Notes under the pieces: model-generated
The model's input: the letters and a program-made list of their open reading frames with translations, nothing else
Databases searched by the model: none
What the model was told of the DNA's origin: nothing
NCBI GenBank assembly: GCA_000092065.1
Contig: CP000582.1
DNA length: 64,000 nt
Source of the DNA: Ostreococcus lucimarinus
Taxonomy: Eukaryota
Direction: 5' to 3' (one strand)
In this document: positions 57,736 through 64,000 of the stretch, piece after piece
Layout of the letters: every line of letters begins with the position of its first letter
How positions within the stretch are numbered: the stretch's first letter is position 1
Program-made: the position numbers and the translations under genes

Positions 57736-57882
57736 CAGTATCCGTATGTATTACTTTCCACGCCCTAATGTATGGGGTGTTAGCACTTCTCGATCGCCAC
57801 GCGCGCGTTGTGGCGTCGTCGCGAGTTATTAGCACTTCGACGGCGCGCACATATTAGGGACGTGGAAAGTAATACATACTGA
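57736..57882. mobile_element. MITE family B, copy 2. It is near-identical to 13266..13419 and is flanked by an 8-bp direct repeat TAACATTA.
   Basis: Same termini and internal palindrome as copy 1. The flanks are ...t[TAACATTA]a-element-a[TAACATTA]ct. Confidence 0.65.
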
Positions 57883-58733
57883 TAACATTACTAAAAGCAA
57901 TATCATATCATATGATATCGACTCAACATGCTATACAAGTATTGTCCTTGAAATTTTGTGTCCTGAGGTGTTGTGTTCGACAGTTCGACGCTGAGGGTAA
58001 CAGGCGCCGCTCGTCAACGCACACCTGTGGCAGTTCCTCTACGCCTGTGTTCTGACTATCAAACGCTACAGATAGCTCACATTTCTCGCAAGCTGGTGAT
58101 CGCTCATCTCGAGCACAGCGCATTCTTTGAATTCGTGTTGCAGTACCTCACACCAACTTCAAATGCATGCCAAGTTTGTTGTACTTGAAATACAGGCGAG
58201 CTATCTTCACGTAGCGCATCCGAAGCAGACTAATTATTATAAGTAGGGACGAATTACTCCGCACGTGACTGCCGAAAAATTCTGCAAATGCTCACTCTTA
58301 AAAGACGTACGCCGGTGTCCAGCCTCTTCTTTCACTATCTTACCCTATCGGTGTAGACAATGCTTCTAAGCGTAGGACAGCATGAAGTAATCGGTGAGTC
58401 ACTTGAAAAAGTCTCAGAATGCAAAGCTTAAAATGCAGATACAGGCAAAGAAGATCCGAAGCATAAACAATTAGTTTTACTGAAAACTAGCTGTGACGCA
58501 GCTGCAACAAGTTTCAGATTACAGGGATCAATTTCTAAACGATACAAATTTGAAACTCGCCCGAATGTAAAAATGTGACCCGGTTATTCGATTATTAGCC
58601 ATAGCTACCAGATCTCGCGGTCGATGCATGTTGACTAGGTACTAGGTACATTATGCGTGCAAAGTTGAAGTGGCTCTTTCACTTGCGAACGAGAACACTA
58701 ATATGTGGGAGTTTCTACTTTCGATGCTTTAAG

Positions 58734-59735
58734 TCAAAGCGAAAGTGTTTGCGTAAACACTTCGCCTGTATCTTTGTTGCGAGTTAAGTAGAACATTTCG
58801 ACTTTGTCACTTGTCAAATTGACACAGTCCATAGTTTTTTGTAATACTTTGCAAGCGACGGATTTTGCTTCATCTATGCTGAGCCCTTCGGTAAAATCGG
58901 TTTTCAGCATAGAACGCGCCGCTTGATGACTTGCACCAATAGCTGCTGCCTGAGAAACAGATGACGTCGTTCACGCTTGTAAAATATCTAGGCATACCTT
59001 CCAAGCACTGTAATTGCCGGATGGCTCACTATGATACAGTTGGAATCCGTTCCGCCCGTCGCTGCACTGTGTTAAGCCGTTGTGATTTAAAATCTCGAAA
59101 ACGCTTACCAACCCGCAAAGAGAAAAGCAACTCCGTACGGCCGAAGGCCACCGAATTGTGTGTATCCTTGTTTGTGATCGCTCAATTCTTGCACAAGATT
59201 CTCCACTGGGATCAATGTCCCATATCGTGCTCTGTAGCGCCCAGCAATCACTCTTTAAGGCTCGGTTAGAAGAGGAATCCAGTATTTAGACACAAATTTA
59301 CCTCGCAAAATTTATCAGAATCATCGCGTCTGCGTTCAGTCCAGCGATTGCAGCGACTATATGCTGGTCTATTTTCCAAAGTTTTTCTGGCGTACTACTT
59401 TGCTCGAGAAGCTGCATAAGACAAGCTCAACTCTTCAGACTATAAATCATGCAATCAAGATCTACCTTCGACATAATCTTTTTCTCGGAAGCAAGCAATA
59501 TGCCATTCTCTGTGTGCAGACCTATGCACGTTCCAGCATGGTTCACCGACTCGAGAGCATACTCCACCTAGTCATGCATCTGTGAACATGGTAACGTGTG
59601 ATCAGTCAAATCTAGACGAACCTGGAAAAGACGACCTTCTGGACTAAACGTTGTCGTCCGCGAGTCGTATCTAGGATCGCAGTTAATTGTATCTGTAGGC
59701 GCACAAAAGTTGCCTCTGTCTCACCTGCGAGCCAT
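58734..59735 (-). CDS. 20S proteasome alpha subunit (alpha-type 4 / PSMA4-like), at least 7 exons. The 5' exons are 59725..59735, 59622..59670, 59466..59567, 59302..59411 and 59109(approx)..59252. The last exon is 58734..58949.
   Basis: MAR | RYDSRTTTFSPEGRLFQ | VEYALESVNHAGTCIGLHTENGILLASEKKIMSK | LLEQSSTPEKLWKIDQHIVAAIAGLNADAMILINFA | R VIAGRYRARYG...YTQFGGLRPYGVAFLFAG... DGRNGFQLYHSEPSGNYSAWK | AAAIGASHQAARSMLK... It is collinear with PSMA4. One junction (GW/GC codon at about 59109) is not cleanly resolved. Confidence 0.7.
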
Positions 59736-60154
59736 TAGAATAAGAGCTGTTCGCACAAAAAGCTCGCGGCGCAAGTTGAACGCCGTGCGATGCCACTGAT
59801 CGCAAATTGTTCAAATGTTGTTGTGGCCACGCGTCGCGAAGGAATGTCGTCGAGCCTTCGGTTCCACAAGTTCGCTCGTTCTCCGACCATCGGACATTCC
59901 AACCTGCAGACCTGTGGAACCAGTCGGAAAAAAATATCCGTTTTACTCGCAACCGTGCACATATTATACTGCGTTTGGATCATATCACTGATTTACTCTT
60001 TTTTCCCGTAGAACAGCATCGAAGGGACCTTCGAACCCTGCCTAGGTCATCACGCGGCGGCGTCACCGCGCCACTTCTCGCGCCGTCTTGTACAGCGTGC
60101 GACTGAGGCGCTCTCAAGCAACTGGAAAAGTTTCATAAGTCTGCGATCGCCATA

Positions 60155-62355
60155 ATGTACGCAAGCTCACCACATATCCTCACAAAAAGCACACGAACGT
60201 TCTCAGTTCAAGGTGCCGCCGCCTCGAGCCGCGCTCAAAGGACCTTCGGTGCTGGACGCTCTGTTGACCTCTCTACCCGCAAGCTGACACCCGGCATTGA
60301 TGTGTTGAAATCTCGACGTTACTCCGCGCGCGTCGCGCGGAAGCAGTCGTTGTGTGTTCGCGCCGAAAAGGTGGTCGGTATCGATCTCGGAACTACAAAC
60401 TCAGCGGTAAGTAAGCTTTTATGCTGAACGAGCCCTGCGTTGTGTGAATGTTGAAGAGAACGTTCTACATTTTTCGCTAAATTCAAGATACTTACCGACA
60501 TATATTTTTTGTTCCACAGGTTGCCGCAATGGAAGGTGGCTCTCCCACTATAGTTACAAATGCTGAAGGCGGACGTACGACACCTTCAGTTGTTGCGTAT
60601 ACGAAGACTGGTGACCGCTTGGTCGGACAAATCGCGAAGCGACAGGGGGTCGTGAATCCTGAAAACACCTTCTTTTCTGTCAAACGTTTCATCGGTCGCA
60701 AAATGGACGAAGTAAACAGTGAGTCTAAAGAGATTCCATACTCTGTTGTCAACAGTGCCGGTAAGGTGAAAATTGAGTGCCCGGCACTTGGAAAGCAGTT
60801 TGCAGCCGAAGAAATCTCCGCTCAAGTGCTTCGCAAGTTGTGCGATGATGCGGCTAGTTTTCTTGGCGATGCAGTAACAAAAGCTGTGGTTACTGTGCCG
60901 GCGTACTTCAATGATAGTCAACGACAGGCTACTAAGGATGCTGGCCAGATTGCGGGTATTGAAGTTTTGCGAATTATCAATGAACCGACAGCAGCCTCAC
61001 TTGCTTACGGTTTTGATCGTAAGTCGAACGAGACTATTTTGATTTTCGATTTAGGAGGTGGTACGTTCGATGTATCTGTTCTTGAAGTCGGAGATGGTGT
61101 CTTCGAGGTTCTGTCAACTTCCGGCGATACTCACCTCGGCGGTGATGATTTCGACAAGCGTATCGTGGAGTGGTTGGCAGGCGACTTTGAAAAATCTGAG
61201 GGCATCGATCTCATGAGTGATAAACAAGCGTTACAAAGACTGACCGAGGCTGCTGAGAAGGCGAAAATGGAACTGTCAACCACTTCGTCAACGTCCATTT
61301 CGCTGCCTTTCATTACTGCCACGGCAGATGGACCAAAACACATCGACACTTCTCTCACCAGACCAAAATTCGAGCAACTATGCGATGATCTGATTAATCG
61401 TTGCAAAGTTCCTGTTCAGCAAGCGCTGAAAGACGCGAAGTTAAGTCTAGCGGAAGTTGACGAAGTGATTCTTGTTGGAGGCTCAACACGCATACCTGCT
61501 ATCCGCGAATTGGTCAAGAGTCTCACTAAGAAGGAACCGAACATGAGCGTAAACCCCGATGAAGTCGTAGCACTTGGCGCCGCTGTGCAAGCTGGGGTAC
61601 TCGCTGGTGAAGTCTCGGACATCGTTCTACTTGATGTGACTCCGTTATCCCTTGGCCTTGAAACGTTAGGAGGGGTGATGACAAAACTTATACCTCGAAA
61701 CACAACACTTCCCACATCGAAGTCAGAAGTGTTTTCCACGGCCGCTGACGGACAGACCAGCGTCGAAATCAATGTTTTACAAGGCGAGCGCGAATTCGTC
61801 AAAGATAACAAGAGTCTTGGAAACTTTAGACTGGACGGCATACCCTCTGCTCCTCGTGGTGTACCGCAGATTGAGGTCAAGTTCGACATAGATGCTAACG
61901 GTATCCTTTCGGTCGAAGCTTGCGACAAGGGCACGGGCAAGAAACAGGACATTAAAATCACTGGAGCTTCTACGCTTTCGTCTGATGAAGTCGATCGCAT
62001 GGTCGCCGATGCGGAAAAATTTGCAAGCGAAGATGCAGCAAAGCGCGAACAAGTCGAGGTGCGAAACAGTGCTGATTCTATGGTTTACCAAACCGAAAAA
62101 CAAGTGCAAGAACTCGATGAAAAAATACCGCAAGATGTCAAAGAAAAAGTTCTTGAAAAAGTTGCTGAGCTCAAGCAAGCCATAGCGAGTGATGACTTAG
62201 AGAAGATGAAAACCGCACAAGAAGATTTGCAACAGCAAGTTATGGCGATGGGCCAGGCGATGTATCAAGGGACTGGTTCTGAAACCGGACAAGAAGCTTC
62301 GACTGATCCTTCTCAAGATGATGTCATAGATGCAGAGTTTTCCAGCGATAAATAA
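60155..62355 (+). CDS. Plastid stromal HSP70 (DnaK-type, cpHsc70-like) precursor, 2 exons at 60155..60406 and 60520..62355 (695 aa).
   Basis: [15 protein letters not shown] | [62 protein letters not shown] ... [11 protein letters not shown]. It is near-collinear with plant chloroplast Hsc70, including the DVIDA(D/E)F C-terminus. The N-terminal 80 aa are Ser/Thr/Arg-rich with no hydrophobic signal peptide. GTAAGT donor and CCACAG acceptor. Confidence 0.85.
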
Positions 62356-62659
62356 GTTCACTTCGACTTGGCGAATTTCTCCCGGTCTTGCTTCTCAGTG
62401 AAATGATTTAATGATACGCACGCCGAACATTCTTTCCGACCTCACTTCACCGCACTTCGCATTTTCTCGAGCAATGAACGTGCACTTTCTCTTGTTGCAG
62501 GGAGTTTGTCGTGAACCTAAATATGAACCATTTATTCAGTTTGTACGAAATACTCGTAGAAAGCAATCCGTACCAGGGCCTCTAATTTCCGTTCCCAGAC
62601 TGCCCGCGTGCCCTCGCCCTTGAAATGACTTGAACCATATACTTCATAATCACTCAAAT

Positions 62660-63250
62660 TCAACTCACCTCACAAATAGTCCCAAACGACTCACCGGGAA
62701 GAGAATCATTCAAATTCTGCATCAGAACGCTTCGAAAACTTGCGTTTGGATTATCAACATTTTCTAAAGACAAGTTCACAAGTGTAAGCGACAAATTAGT
62801 CGACAACGCTGCCAGTGCTTTCCTTGCTTCGACAGCCACAAATTTCTTCCCCGATGAGTTCATCTCAATCAAATTACAGAAGCATCGCTGGATCGAATCT
62901 TCATCCTTCAGTATCTTGGACGTATCGTATCCATCGATGATCTCTGTTGCGCAGAGTAGGGCTGACTTGCTTACAACACTTCGCAGGTTTCGCATTTGTT
63001 GCAATATTGAGTGCAGTGCTGGTTCAGCATGGCTCTCGAACGCATCTTTATGGAAGCGAACAAGACGTCGAATATATAGCATCGCATTGCATGATATCAT
63101 CCACTCTTTGCTACTTACCTCACTCACAACACGCGCAATCGAAGTGCCGGGTTCTTCACAAGATGAGAGTTGGTCGGAACTTACATAGAAGGACGAAACA
63201 TCCACTTGGGGAGGCTCGTCTTCTCTCGCCAACACGCCCCTCTCTGGCAT
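62660..63250 (-). CDS. Exon of a HEAT/TOG-repeat-like protein (partial gene).
   Basis: A 196-aa ORF with repeated helical hairpin periodicity (RRLVRFHKDAFESHAEPALHSILQQMRNLRSVVSKSALLCATEII). Weak resemblance to TOG/HEAT repeats. Further exons are likely on both sides. Confidence 0.2.
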   Translation of the reverse strand: MPERGVLAREDEPPQVDVSSFYVSSDQLSSCEEPGTSIARVVSEVSSKEWMISCNAMLYIRRLVRFHKDAFESHAEPALHSILQQMRNLRSVVSKSALLCATEIIDGYDTSKILKDEDSIQRCFCNLIEMNSSGKKFVAVEARKALAALSTNLSLTLVNLSLENVDNPNASFRSVLMQNLNDSLPGESFGTICEVS

Positions 63251-64000
63251 AGCGATTCAGATTTGGATTACCGTAAAATGAGATAAGCACGAGATGAGCA
63301 GTGACGCTCGTGGACTGTAAGAGCGTCTACACGGACGCGCCCGGGCTGAGACCTGAAGTATCCCGTCGAGCTAAAATGTCTGAAGTGTCTGAATGCTTCA
63401 ATATAGATACGGGTTTTCTGCTGTTTGTACTGTATTTTGTACCGAACATCGCGGGTTGGTATTACCTAGCGTACAAACAACTGCACGTATACAATCAAAT
63501 ACGACAGAGAGCGTCACCTGTCGGAGCAGGACAGTAGGGCGTGCTGCGAAGATGCAAACTCAGAATGAGATCGATGATCTAACGATGCAGATCAAGGTAT
63601 TCGTTTGAAAGCTCATCTATCTCCGACTGATTGCTTCCAAGGATCCAAGCAGAGTGCGTGGCTCTGGTTACATCCAGTTTCCACCACAGAGGCCTTTTGC
63701 TACTCCTGTTATAGTGCAACCGCCGACTATCTGTGTGCGTAATTTTGTCACCTATACCGTCTCATCGTATCCTAATCTAATTCCTAGCAATCCTCGCACG
63801 TTCGTTCATCGGTTCCACGGACCCAATCTTCAGTGGCTAGAGCACCTCAGGTGGTCACTCCACGGTGTGTGTCTACCGAAGTGCATGAATCTACGGGTAC
63901 GGGTGTGGAGTCGGTTATCAGTTCAGAGGTACGCGCAACACGGTTTTGTCTTATTTCGATCTGAGAAACTCCCTGACAGCCGGGCCTCGCAGCACCAATC

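Noticed and set aside
61416-62000. 194-aa and 133-aa minus-strand ORFs inside the HSP70 gene.
   Set aside because: Antisense to a near-perfect DnaK-type coding sequence, with Ser/Thr/Pro-rich low-complexity composition typical of antisense of GC-balanced coding DNA.

Overview
Intron-rich nuclear DNA from a eukaryote, not a prokaryotic region. About 45 protein-coding genes are packed on both strands with short GT-AG introns of roughly 36-112 nt, mostly 45-56 nt. Identification is by motif-level similarity seen by eye, with no database search.

Most genes are housekeeping genes:
- Organelle-targeted proteins: ATP synthase beta, GatA amidotransferase subunit, ClpP, mitochondrial TyrRS and PheRS, bL17m, a plastid-type DnaK/HSP70, a DUF212 protein, an ELO elongase and a FAD monooxygenase.
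- A dense set of transcription and translation factors: TAF4-like, TFIIA large and gamma subunits, RPB9, RPB12, RPAC1, RPC82-like, E2F, BTF3, CAF1, eIF2alpha, eIF3c, eIF6, RPL36.
- DNA replication and protein turnover: MCM7, RFC5 and a proteasome alpha subunit.

The plastid-type HSP70 (the pattern plant cpHsc70 proteins show) carries a Ser/Thr/Arg-rich presequence with no signal peptide, which points to the green lineage.

The structure not explained by ordinary gene content is:
1. A tRNA-Leu(UAA)-like gene whose 3' half (T-arm plus acceptor) lies upstream of its 5' half (acceptor, D-arm and anticodon arm). This is the layout of a circularly permuted tRNA gene.
2. A 386-bp tandem duplication inside the FAD-monooxygenase gene, separated by a 769-bp exact copy of the RFC5/RPL36 bidirectional promoter from 3 kb away.
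3. A Mutator-like non-autonomous DNA transposon with ~88-bp TIRs and a 9-bp target-site duplication, plus solo and foldback derivatives of it.
4. A second MITE family of ~147 bp with two near-identical copies.
5. A stand-alone phosphopantetheine carrier-protein ORF.
6. Several tightly coupled gene pairs: head-to-head mitochondrial TyrRS/PheRS, tail-to-tail RPB12/RPB9, and convergent pairs with 2-23 bp between stop codons.

All coordinates come from manual reading and may be off by a few nucleotides.
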